Assembly: GCA_028826165.1 (NCBI GenBank)
Contig: JAPDFW010000081.1
Location: forward strand, 1,054,001 to 1,118,000
Source: Anaeramoeba ignava BMAN
Lineage: Eukaryota > Protista > Anaeramoebae
Reading direction: 5' to 3'
DNA: 64,000 bases
The notes under the pieces were generated by a model that did no database searches, was not told the DNA's origin, and saw nothing but the letters and a program-made list of their open reading frames with translations. The translations under genes and the position numbers were made by a program. Positions 12,230-24,020 of the stretch are shown here, piece by piece (the stretch's first letter is position 1; each line of letters begins with the position of its first letter).

Positions 12230-15200
12230 ATGTTTTTAAACAAAAATTTTTAATCTTTTTATTATTTACAATAACAATTTTTATAGAAATATCAACAAAA
12301 TCAATTGAAATTCAAGAAGTTATTGATGATTGTTGTTGTTCATTAGAAAAAATATATGAACAAAACAATAATCAAAAAATTAATGATTATTTGAATGAAT
12401 TAGTTGTTTGTATTTTTTTGTTTGAGTTATTGAAAATTAAAAGAAACATCAATTTAAATTCAAAATCCAAATCATCAAAAAAAAATCTCAATTTAAAAAA
12501 TAATTTGAATATTTAAAATATTAATCTTCATAATATTCATAATATTCAAAATATTAAAAATATTCAAAATATTCAAAATATTCAAAATATTAATAATATT
12601 TATAATATTCTAAAATATTCAAAATATTCAAAATATTCAAAATATTCAAAATATTCAAAATATTCAAAATATTCAAAATATTAAAAATATTCAAAATATT
12701 CAAAATATTCATAATATTCAAAATATTCAAAATATTCAAAATATTCAAAATATTCAAAATATTCAAAATATTCAAAATTTTTAAAAATATTAATAATATT
12801 TATAATATTCAAAATATTCAAAATATTTAAAAATATTTAAAATATTAATCTTCATAATATTCATAATATTCAAAATATTAAAAATATTCAAAATATTAAA
12901 AATATTAATAATATTCATAATATTCAAAATATTCAAAATATTAAAAATATTCAAAATAGATTTTCAAATAAATATTAAATATTATTAATAATATTTTTAA
13001 TATTCAAAAAAATATTTAAAAAATATTAAAAAATATTCAAAATATTAATAATATTCAAAATATTCAAAATATTCAAAATATTCATAATATTCAAAATATT
13101 CATAATATTCATAATATTCAATATATTCAAAATATTAATAATATTCAAAAATATTCAAAAATATTAATAATATTCAAAATATTCAAAAATATTCAAAAAA
13201 TATTCAAAATATTCAAAATATTCAAAATATTTTTAAAAATATTTATAATATTCAAAATATTCAAAATATTCAAAATATTCAAAATATTCAAAATATTCAA
13301 AAATATTCAAAATATTAAAAATATTCAAAATATTCAAAATATTCATAATATTAATAATATTCATAATATATTCAAAATATTCAAAAGTTTCAATATTCAA
13401 AATATTCAAAATATTCAAAATATTCAAAATATTCAAAATATTCAAAATATTCAAAATATTCAAAATATTCATAATATTCATAATATTCAATATATTCAAA
13501 AAATATTCATAATATTAATAATATTCATAATATTCATAATATTTAAAATATTCAAAATATTAATAATATTCATGTTATATTATTTTTGTTCATAATATTC
13601 AAATATTAATATTAATAATATTCAAAATATTAATAATATTTAAAATATTCAAAATATTCATAATATTCAAAAAATATTCAATATATTAATAATATTCATA
13701 ATATTCAAAATATTAATAATATTCAAAATATTAATAATAATATTCAAAATATTAATAATATTCAAAATATTCATAATATTTATAATATTAATAATATTCA
13801 TAATATTCAAAATATTTAAAATATTAAAAATATTCAAAATATTAATAATATTCAAAATATTCAAAATATTCAAAATATTCAAAATATTCAAAATATTCAA
13901 AATATTAATAATATTTGGAAATTATTTAGAACACAATTTATTTCAAATATTTCAAAGTTGATTTCTTGAGAGAATGTCCATTTTGGGTTCAAAATTATGT
14001 TTGTAGTATTGAACTTGGAGGAGGATGTGAAATTTGTGTTTGTGATGATAGTGAGATACCTTTACCATGGAAAGAAAAAAAAACAGATTTTGTGAATAAA
14101 AATGTTTCCTCAACTTTCCATGAATGGTATGAACAAAAAGATGAAGATATTTGGATAAAATCAGATGATGATAAAGATGCAATGTTTATTGATCTTACCT
14201 TAAATCCTGAGAAATATACTGGCTATGGTGGTTATAATGCTACTAGAATTTGGAATTCAATTTATTCTGAAAATTGTTTTGTTGATGCTGAAAATTCTGA
14301 TTGTAAAGAACATCGTGTTTTTTATCGTTTAATTTCTGGACTTCATGGAAGTATTACAGTTCATATTAGTCAAAATTATTATCAAGATGGTTTCTTTTTT
14401 CCAAATGTTGATTTTTATTATTGGAAACTTGGAAAATTTCCTGAAAGAGTGAAAAATATTTATTTTACATATCTTTTTTTAACAAGGTTTGATTTGATAT
14501 TTGATTTAATATTTGACTTGATATTTGATTTAATATTTAAAATTTGATATTCAATTTGATATTTGATTTAAAATTTGATTTAAAATTTAATTTTTAATTT
14601 AATATTTAATTAAATTAAAGAGCAATCCAAAAATCTGAACCTTTCTTGAGAAATATGAAAATTGATACTGGAAATCCAGAAAATGATTTAAAAGCAGAAT
14701 CATTGAAAAATAAGATTTTAGATACAGTTACTGGTTGTTCTCCAACTTTTGAAGAATCTGGAATGTTTGAAAATCAAGACTTAAAAAAACAAATGAGAAC
14801 AAAATTCCAAAACATTAGTTCACTTTTTGATTGTATTTCTTGCCAAAGTTGCAAAGTTCATGCAAAACTTCAAGTAAATTCAAAATAAATTAATTTATAT
14901 ATTATATTTTATATACATTTATTTATATATTTTTTATGATAATAAATTAATTTCTTAAAATAATTTAGTTACTTGGAATTGGAACTGCTCTTAAACTTAA
15001 TTTAGCTGGAAAAGGAATTGAACCACATTTTGAAAGAAATGAAATTATTGTAAATTTTATATTTTATATTATTTATTTATTATTTTATTATTTATTATTT
15101 TATTATTTTATATTTTATTAGGCTTTATTTAATACTTTTGCTAAATTTTCTGATTCTGTTAAAATTATTCAAGAAATGGAAGCAAAAATTCAAAATCAAA

Positions 15201-15253
15201 ATCAAAATCAAAATCAAAATCAAAATCAAAATCAAAAAAAAGATGAATTATAA
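12230..15253 (+). CDS. ERO1: Endoplasmic reticulum oxidoreductin 1; exons ~12230-12405, 13930-14486, 14621-14873, 14969-15049, 15122-15253
   Basis: Signal peptide, DDCCC, YFKYFKVDFLRECPFW, DLTLNPEKYTGY, RLISGLHGSI, DCISCQSCKVHAKLQ (CxxCxxC), GIGTALK, ends KDEL*; needs one homopolymer indel correction just after the ATG. Confidence 0.92.
12500..13915 (+). repeat. 9-bp AAAATATTC microsatellite in ERO1 intron 1 (12406-13929)
   Basis: Directly visible tandem units. Confidence 0.9.
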
Positions 15254-15433
15254 TTTCTAATTAAAAAAAAAACAACAAAAACAAAAATCGGAAAAAAATT
15301 TTTTTAATCAAAAAATTGGATCAATAAAAATAAAAAAATTTAATGAAAAAATTTTTTTGAACTTTTAGTTTGAAATTGAAAAAAAAAAAAGAAAATGAAA
15401 TGAAAAATTTGAAAAAGATTTTGTTAAAAGCAA

Positions 15434-17120
15434 TTAATCTATTTTTTCAGGAAGAAAGCATTGTCTAACTTTTTGATAAACAGAATCAATATCAGAATCT
15501 GCAATTACTTCCTTAACTTTTCCTTTTTTTCCATAAAAATCAATAACAGGTAAACAATCTTTTTTGTAACCTTCGATTCGTTTTCTAAATGAATCTACAT
15601 TATCATCAACTCTTTTTGATAACTTTGCTCGTTCTTGGATTCTTTTAATTAGGTCTTCAATGTTTGGTGAATCAAGAAATAAGACAAATTCACAAGGTTT
15701 AATTGTACTTTCAAAATATTCACCTTGATCTCTTTTTTATTATTGATTATTGATTATTGATTATTTATTATTTATTTTTTGATTATTTATTATTTATTAT
15801 TTATTTTTGATTATTTATTATTTATTATTGATTTACATTTTTCTTGGAAATCCATCAACAAGAAAAGTTGTAATTTTTTCTTCTGTTATATTTTCCAAAA
15901 TGTTTTGTCTAAGAAGACGAGTTGTGATTTCCTGAAATAAATTTTGATTTAAATTTAGATTTTGATTTTGATTTTGATTTTGATTTTGATTTTGATTTTG
16001 ATTTTAATTTTGATTTTGATTTTAATTTTGATTTTGAATTTTAAATTTCATTTGATTTTTTGATTTTTGATTTTGATTTTAATTTTAATTTTGAATTTGA
16101 TTTTTGATTTTGATTTTGATTTTGAATTTAATTTTTAATTTTAATTTTGATTTTGATTTCATTTTTTAAATTTTAATTTTTTGATTTTGATTTTGATTTT
16201 GATTTTGATTTTGATTTTGATTTTGATTTTAATTTTTGAGATTTTCATTTTGATTTTGATTTTGATTTTGATTTTATTTTTTAATTTTGATTTTTTTGAT
16301 TTTAATTTTTTTATTTTGATTTTGATTTTGAATTTTAATTTTGATTTTAATTTTGATTTTCATTTTGAATTTTAAATTTTGATTTTGATTTTGATTTTGA
16401 TTTTGATTTTGATTTTGATTTTGATTTTGATTTTTGATTTTGATTTTTGATTTTGATTTTGAATTTAATTTTAATTTTGAATTTAAATTTCATTTTAATT
16501 TTAATTTTAATTTTGAATTTGATTTTCAATTGATTTTGATTTTGATTTTGATTTTGATTTTGATTTTGATTTTGATTTTGATTTTGATTTTGATTTTTTA
16601 ATTTTAATTTTGATTTTGTTTTTCATTTTCAATTTGATTTTAATTTTAATTTTGAATTTTAATTTTAATTTTAATTTTAATTTTGATTTTGATTTTGAAT
16701 TTTGAATTTTGATTTTCAATTTGATTTTGATTTTGATTTTGAATTTGATTTTGAATTTGATTTTGATTTTGAATTTAATTTTCATTTTGATTTTGAATTT
16801 GAATTTTGATTTGAATTTGAATTTTAATTTTGAATTTAAATTTGGAATAAAAAATGAAAATCAACTTTAGGAATTAATTGACCATCTTTCATTAATTGAT
16901 TAATTTTTTCTGATTCTTCAGTCTTTTTTTCAACTTCATTTCTTAATAATTCACCAGCACTAACATGAACAAATCCAAATTCTTTCTCTAAAAGATCACT
17001 TTGTGTTCCTTTTCCTGCACCTGGAGGTCCTAAAACAAATACAACTTGACAAAGTTTTTGAATTTTTTCTTGTTCTTTTTGATGTTCAATTTCTTGTTTT
17101 TTCTGTTCAGTTTCTTGCAT
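15434..17120 (-). CDS. UMP-CMP kinase / adenylate kinase family; exons 17120-16866, 15931-15837, 15731-15434
   Basis: VFVLGPPGAGKGTQS P-loop, HVSAGELLR, FLVDGFPR and KRVDDNVDSFRKR; introns are GT-AG and in frame. Confidence 0.9.
15950..16835 (+). repeat. TTTTGA/TTTTAA hexamer microsatellite in the kinase intron
   Basis: Directly visible tandem hexamers. Confidence 0.9.
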
Positions 17121-17290
17121 TTTTGTTCAAAAAAAAAAAAAAGAGAAGAATCAAAAAAAAAAAAACCTTTTTTCTTTGTAAAAAGAAAAGTAAAAAAAAG
17201 AAAAAAAAATAATTAAAAAAAAAATTTTTTTTCTTTTTTTTCTTTTTTTAATTTTTTTCTTTTTTTTTTCCTTTTAAAAATAGAAATATA

Positions 17291-20200
17291 ATGCAATCTA
17301 AATTTTGTTATGAATTTATTAAAAATCGATTATATCTTTTTGCAACAAATAAAAAGCTTAATTTAGAAACTTCAGAATATCATTATTTTACAATTGAAAA
17401 TGAATTAATTTATGAACCATTTTTATTTGATTTTGGTCCATTAAATATTGCTCAAATAACATTATTCTGCAGAAAATTATCTCAGAAATTAATTGTAAAA
17501 ATTATTTACATTACAAATCAATTCAATTCAATTTCAATTCAATTTAATTTAATTCAATTTAATTCAATTTAATTTCAATTTAATTTAATTTCAATTTAAT
17601 ATTTAATTACAATTTAATTACAATTTAATTTCAATTTAATTACAATTTTAATTTAATTCCAATTTCAATTTTAATTTTAATTCAATTTAATTTAATTTCA
17701 ATTCAATTTAATTACAATTTAATTTAAATACAATTTAATTTCAATTCAATTTAATTACAATTTAATTTAATTTTAATTTTAATTTAACTTCAATTTAATT
17801 CAATTTAATTTAATTTAATTTAATTTAATTACAATTTAATTTTTAATTTCAATTTAATTTAATTTCAATTTAATTTTAATTTAATTTGATTTAATTACAA
17901 TTTAATTACAATTTAATTACAATTTAATTACAATTCAATTTCAATTTAATTCAACTTAATTTAATTTCAATTTAATTTCATTTCAATTACAATTCAATTA
18001 CAATTTAATTACAATTTAATTCAATTCAATTTAAATTCAAATTAAATTCAAATTAATTTCAAATTAAATTCAAATTAATTTCAAATTAATATTTAATTCA
18101 ATTACAATTCAATTACAATTCAAATTAAATTCATTTAACTTCAATTTAATTTAATTCAATTCAATTTAATTTCAATTCAATTTAATTCAATTCAATTTAA
18201 TTTTATTCAATTTAATTTAATTTAATTTAATTTCAATTCAATTTAATTTCAATTTAATTTCAATTTAATTCAATTTTAATTTAATTTAATTACAATTTAA
18301 TTCAATTTAATTCCAATTTAATTTCAATTTAATTTAATTTCAATTTAATTCAATTTAATTTAATTTAAATTTAATTTAATTTAATTTCAATTTAATTTCA
18401 ATTTAATTCAATTTAATTTAATTTAATTCAATTTAGTTTTAATTTAATATTTAATTCAATTTAACTTTAATTCAATTCAATTTAACTTTAATTCAATTAC
18501 AATTTAATTTAATTTAATTTTATTTCAATTTTAATTTAATTTAATTACAATTCAATTTATTTCAATTTCCAATTTTAATTTAATTTTTAATTCAATTTAA
18601 TTCAATTTTTAATTTAAATTTAATTTAATTTAACAATTTAATTTAATTTCAATTTAATTTCAATTTAATTTAATTTAATTTAATTTAATTACAATTTAAT
18701 TCAATTTTAATTTAATTTTAATTTAATTCAATTTCAATTTAATTCAATTTAATTCAACTTAATTTAATTTAATTTAATTCAATTTTAATTTCAATTTAAT
18801 TTCAATTCAATTTAATTTCAATTTAATTTCAATTTCAATTCAATTTCAATTCAATTCCATTCAATTTCAATTCAATTTAATTTAATTTCAATTTAATTTA
18901 ATTCAATTTAATTTCAATTTAATTTCATTTCAATTTCAATTCAATTACAATTCAATTACAATTCAATTTAATTCAATTTCAATTTAATTTAATTCAATTT
19001 AATTACAATTTAATTTAATTACAATTTAATTTAATTACAATTTAATTCAATTCAATTTAATTCAATTTAATTTAATTTCAATTCAATTTAATTCAAATCA
19101 ATTTAATTTAATTCAATTTAATTCAATTTAATTACAATTTAATTTTATTTAATTCAATTTAATTTAATTTCAATTCAATTCGATTTAATTTCAATTTAAT
19201 TTAATTCAATTCAATTCAATTTTAATTTAATTTCAATTTAATTACAATTTAATTTAATTCAATTTAATTCAATTTAATTTCAATTTAATTTAATTCAATT
19301 TTAAATTTCAATATTCAATTCAATTACAATTTAATTTAATTTAATTTAATTTAATTCAATTTAATTTCAATTTAATTTAATTACAATTTATTTCCATTCA
19401 ATTTAATTACAATTTAATTTAATTCAATTTAATTTAATTCAATTTAATTTAATTTAATTTAATTCAATTCAATTTAATTTGATTTAATTTAATTTAATTT
19501 AATTTAATTCAATTTAATTCAATTTTACAATTTCAATTACAATTCAATTTCAATTTCAATTTAATTTAATTTCAATTTAATTTCAATTTCAATTTAATTT
19601 AATTTAACTTTAATTTAACTACAATTCAATTTAATTACAATTTAATTTTAATTCAATTGTAATTTCAATTTAATTTAATTTAATTCAACTTAATTTAATT
19701 TAATTACAATTTAATTCAATTTAATTTAATTACAATTCAATTTAATTTCATTTCAATTTCAATTTAATTTAATTCAATTTTAATTTCAATTACAATTCAA
19801 TTTAATTTCAATTTAATTCAATTTAATTCAATTTAATTTCAATTTAATTCAATTTAATTCAATTTAATTTCAATTTAATTCAATTCAATTTAATTTCAAT
19901 TCAATTTAATTCAATTCAATTTAATTCAATTTAATTCAATTTAATTCAATTTAATTCAATTTTAATTCAATTTAATTTAATTTTTAATTTCAATTTAATT
20001 TTAATTTCAATTTAAATTTAATTTCAATTTAATTTCAATTTCAATTTAATTTCAATTTACCACCAATTTAATTCAATTCAATTCAATTCAATTTAATTTA
20101 ATTTAATTTAATTTAATTTAATTTAATTTAATTTAATTTAATTTAATTTAATTTAATTTAATTTAATTTAATTTAATTTAATTACAATTTAATTCAACTC

Positions 20201-23200
20201 AATTCAATTCAATTTAATTTAATTTAATTTAATTTAATTTAATTTAATTTTTAATTTAATTACAATTCAATTTAATTTGATTTAATTTAATTTAAATTTC
20301 AATTTAATTTAACTTCATTTAATTTAATTTCAATTTAATTTAATTTAACAATTTAATTCAAATTTCAAATTCAATTTCAATTTCAATTCAATTTTTAATT
20401 TCAAATTCAATTTCAATTTAATTTCAATTTAATTACAATTTAATATTCTTCAATTTAATTTAATTTAATTTAATAATTTAATTTAATATTTAATTCAATT
20501 TAATTCAATTTTAATTTAATTCAATTTAATTTAATTTAATTTAATTTAATTTAATTACAATTTAATTACAATTTAATTTAATTTAATTTAATTACAATTT
20601 AATTACAATTTAATATTTAATTTAATTTCAATTTAATATTTAATTCAATTTAATTCAATTTTAATTTCAATTCAATTTTATTTAATTCAATTTAATTTCA
20701 ATTCAATTTAATTACAATTTAATTACAATTTAATTCAATTCAATTTAATTCAATTCAATTTAATTTCAATTTAACTTTAATTCAATTTAATTTAATTACA
20801 ATTTAATTCAATTCAATTACAATTTAATTACAATTTAATTTAATTACAATTTAATTCAATTCAATTTAATTTCATTTCAATTACAATTCAATTACAATTT
20901 AATTACAATTTAATTCAATTCAATTTAAATTCAAATTAAATTCAAATTAAATTCAAATTAAATTCAAATTAAATTCAAATTAAATTCAAATTAAATTCAA
21001 ATTAATTTCAATTTAATATTTAATTCAATTACAATTCAATTACAATTCAAATTAAATTCATTTAAATTCAATTTAATTTAACTTCAATATTTATTTTAAT
21101 TCAATTTAATTTTATTTTATTCTAATTTTAATTTTATAAATTCGAATTTAAATTTTAATAAAAAAGGATCCAACCTTAAAAGAAAAGAAAATTGTCTTTT
21201 ATTGCTCAAAAGAACAACAAAAATTTACAAATTCAGCAGTACTAATAACTTCATTTATGATAATTGTAAACGGAAAAACACCCGAAGAAACACTAAAAAT
21301 ATTAACAGATTCTGAATATATAATCGGGTTCAGAGATGCTTCTTATGGAAAACCAACATTTTTATTAACAATCGAAGATATATTGAAGGGATTATCAAAG
21401 GGAATTCAATCAAAATTTTATGATTGGAAAAATTTCTCAGTCCAAGAATACCAATTTCATGAAAAGGTAGAAAACGGAGATTTAAATTGGATTATCCCAG
21501 GAAAACTTCTAGCCTTTGCTTCTCCAAGAGATTATCCATCAAAATCAAATTTTTTTGTTGAGGATGAAGATAATGAAAATGGCTTTGTGGAAAACCAAGA
21601 AAATCAATCATTATTTGCAAATATCGCAACTCCAATCAAAATCAAAAACAAAACTATCAATTGGGATGATGGTAATGACGATGATCATGATGATTTAACT
21701 TCTCAATATTTTTGGAATTCAAATCAACATCTAAATTATTTTTTAAAACATTCCGTGAATTGTGTTGTTAGACTGAATCTCCCTTTATATAACCCAGAAA
21801 TTTTTGTTAAAAACAATATTGATCATTATGATTTGTATTTTGAAGATGGTGGCGTTCCATCTTGGGATATTATCCAAAAATTTTTAAATATTATGGAAAA
21901 AGATATTGAACAAAAAGATATCGAAGAAAAGAATTTGTCTGAAGATAACTCTGAAAAACAAAAGAAAGTTGTCGCTGTCCATTGCTTTGCATTCAATACA
22001 AAAGTCTTAATGGCAAATTCAATTCCTAAAAATGTTCAAGATGTCAAAATCGGCGACCAAATTATGGGAGATGATCATCTTCCAAAAATAGTCAAACAAA
22101 CAATCAAAGGAAAAGGAAAACTATATGAAATCAACAGAAAAAACCAACAAAATTATATTGTTAGCGGGAAGCATCTTTTATGTCTCGCATTCAATAAACA
22201 AATTGACCAAGAACTTGAGCTGGAATACGAAAATGATCAATACTTTCTTTTTTTCCAATTTTATGATTTGAACCACAACCTACAAAAAAAGCATTTTCCA
22301 ATCCTTCTTGGTTATCCACCAAAATACCCTCAAAATTTAGTGAATGAATATTGGAAAAAACAGAAAATTTGGAACAACAAATTTGAATACATTGGAAAAA
22401 ATGATCAAATCCAAAATTTTACAGTTAATGAAAATGACTGGGAAAAAATTAAATCAATTTATTGTTATGCATTTCTAAAAATGAAGTCTTATTACAAGAA
22501 AGGAAAAGCTGCAAAATTTGGAGATGTAATTGATATTACTGTAAAGAATTATCTAAAAAAGCCAAGTTATTGGAAACAAATACACTCAGGATATTCTTCA
22601 TTTTGCAAAAATATTCATCAATTTCCAAGAAACACAGAACTAAGAAAAAATCAAAATCTATATTATCCATTTAAAAAAAACAAAAATATTTGGTTTGATC
22701 TCCACAAAATAGTCTCAATAACACTTAGTACTAAGAAAGGGAATTTTTATGGTTTTGAGCTTGAAGATTCAAATCCAAGATTTCTTCTTGAAGATTATAC
22801 TGTTGTCCATAATTGCAAAGCGGGTTTAGGTAGGACAGGAACTTTGAATGCAATTTACTTAATGAAAAATTATAATTTTTCTGCTCGTGAAGCAATTGGA
22901 TATTTAAGATTATGTAGACCTGGTTCAGTTGTTGGAAAACAACAAAATTTTCTTTTAGAAATTGAAAATCAAATTTTTAAATTAAGAAATAATGGAAATG
23001 AAAATAATGAAAATAATGGAAATCAAAATGAAAATCAAAATGAAAATCAAAATGAATTGAAAGAAAAAATTAGACTTGCAAAAGAGATATCTAATTTAAT
23101 AATTAATGAAAACAAAAATCAAAATCAAAATGAAAATGAAAATGAAAATCAAAATCAAAATCAAAATCAAAATGAAAATCAAAATCAAAATGAAAATCAA

Positions 23201-23773
23201 AATCAAAATCAAAATCAAAATCAAAATCAAAATCAAAATCAAAATGAAAATGAAAATGAAAATCAAAATCAAAATGAAAATGAAAATGAAAATCAAAATC
23301 AAAATCAAAATAAAAATCAAAATGAAAATCAAATTGAAAATGAAAATGAAAATCAAAATGAAAATCAAAATCAAAATCAAAAAAAAGATAAAAATAGCAA
23401 ATCTTGGAATTTGAAAATTCAACATAAAAAATTTCCAAAACGAAAAAATAGTTATAATTCTGATTTACAACAATTTACAGATTTTGCAAATTTAATTAAA
23501 CCAAGATCTTGGCAAGAACCAAAAATAAATGATTTTGAAATTAAACTTGTTAAAAAACCTGAATCTTTTAACACAAAATTAGATATTGATATTGATGTAG
23601 ATATTAACTTGAATATGAATATCAATAGTGAAAATTCTGATAAAATTAACAAAAAAGAAATAAATGAATTACTCCATAAAGAAGAAATAATTTCTGATAA
23701 AAAAGTAAAAGAAGTTTTAGCTCAAAAAAGAATTCAACTTCTTCAGAAAAAAAACAATCCAAATCAAAATTGA
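17291..23773 (+). CDS. CDC14: CDC14 dual-specificity protein phosphatase precursor containing an intein; exons 17291-17494, 21167-23773 (936-aa precursor, 659 aa after protein splicing)
   Basis: [49 protein letters not shown]|[22 protein letters not shown]; intron GT 17495 / AG 21165-21166 is phase 0 and in frame. Confidence 0.96.
17520..21130 (+). repeat. ~3.6-kb AATTT/AATTC/AATTAC pentamer-hexamer microsatellite forming the CDC14 intron (17495-21166)
   Basis: Directly visible; almost devoid of G on the + strand. Confidence 0.92.
21983..22813 (+). mobile_element. Intein (277 aa) in the CDC14 active-site loop; no recognisable LAGLIDADG homing endonuclease
   Basis: Block [26 protein letters not shown]; block [12 protein letters not shown]; block [20 protein letters not shown]; block G TVVHN followed by +1 Cys; removal restores [13 protein letters not shown] exactly. 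Confidence 0.96.
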
Positions 23774-24020
23774 ATTTAAAATTGAATTTAAAATTTGAAA
23801 TTGAATTTGAATTGTTTTTTTTTGTATTTGCTTTGTTTTTTTTTTCTTCTTCTAAAAATCATCTGAATAAAGATGTTATGTTTTCTTTGATTTTGAATTT
23901 AAAATAGAAAATAAAATTTGTTAAATTCAAAATCAATTCTTTTTTATTAAATTTTTTATTTAAAAAAAAAACAAATCAAATCAAATCAAATCAAGTGAAT
24001 TGAATTTAATTTAATTTAAT

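Noticed and set aside
12590-13900. ORFs of NIL repeats
   Set aside because: Translations of the intronic 9-mer microsatellite in ERO1
16181-16785. IL/KI/SK repeat ORFs (also 8258-8482, 23096-23438, 61298-61543, 63274-63517)
   Set aside because: Spurious frames of hexamer microsatellites or shadow frames of QN/EN tracts
21983-22813. Spliceosomal or group I intron, or Hedgehog-type Hint domain, instead of an intein
   Set aside because: No GT-AG ends, fully open frame, and both splice junctions (C1 and HN/C) are present inside a split conserved host motif; Hedgehog Hint domains lack the HN-C end
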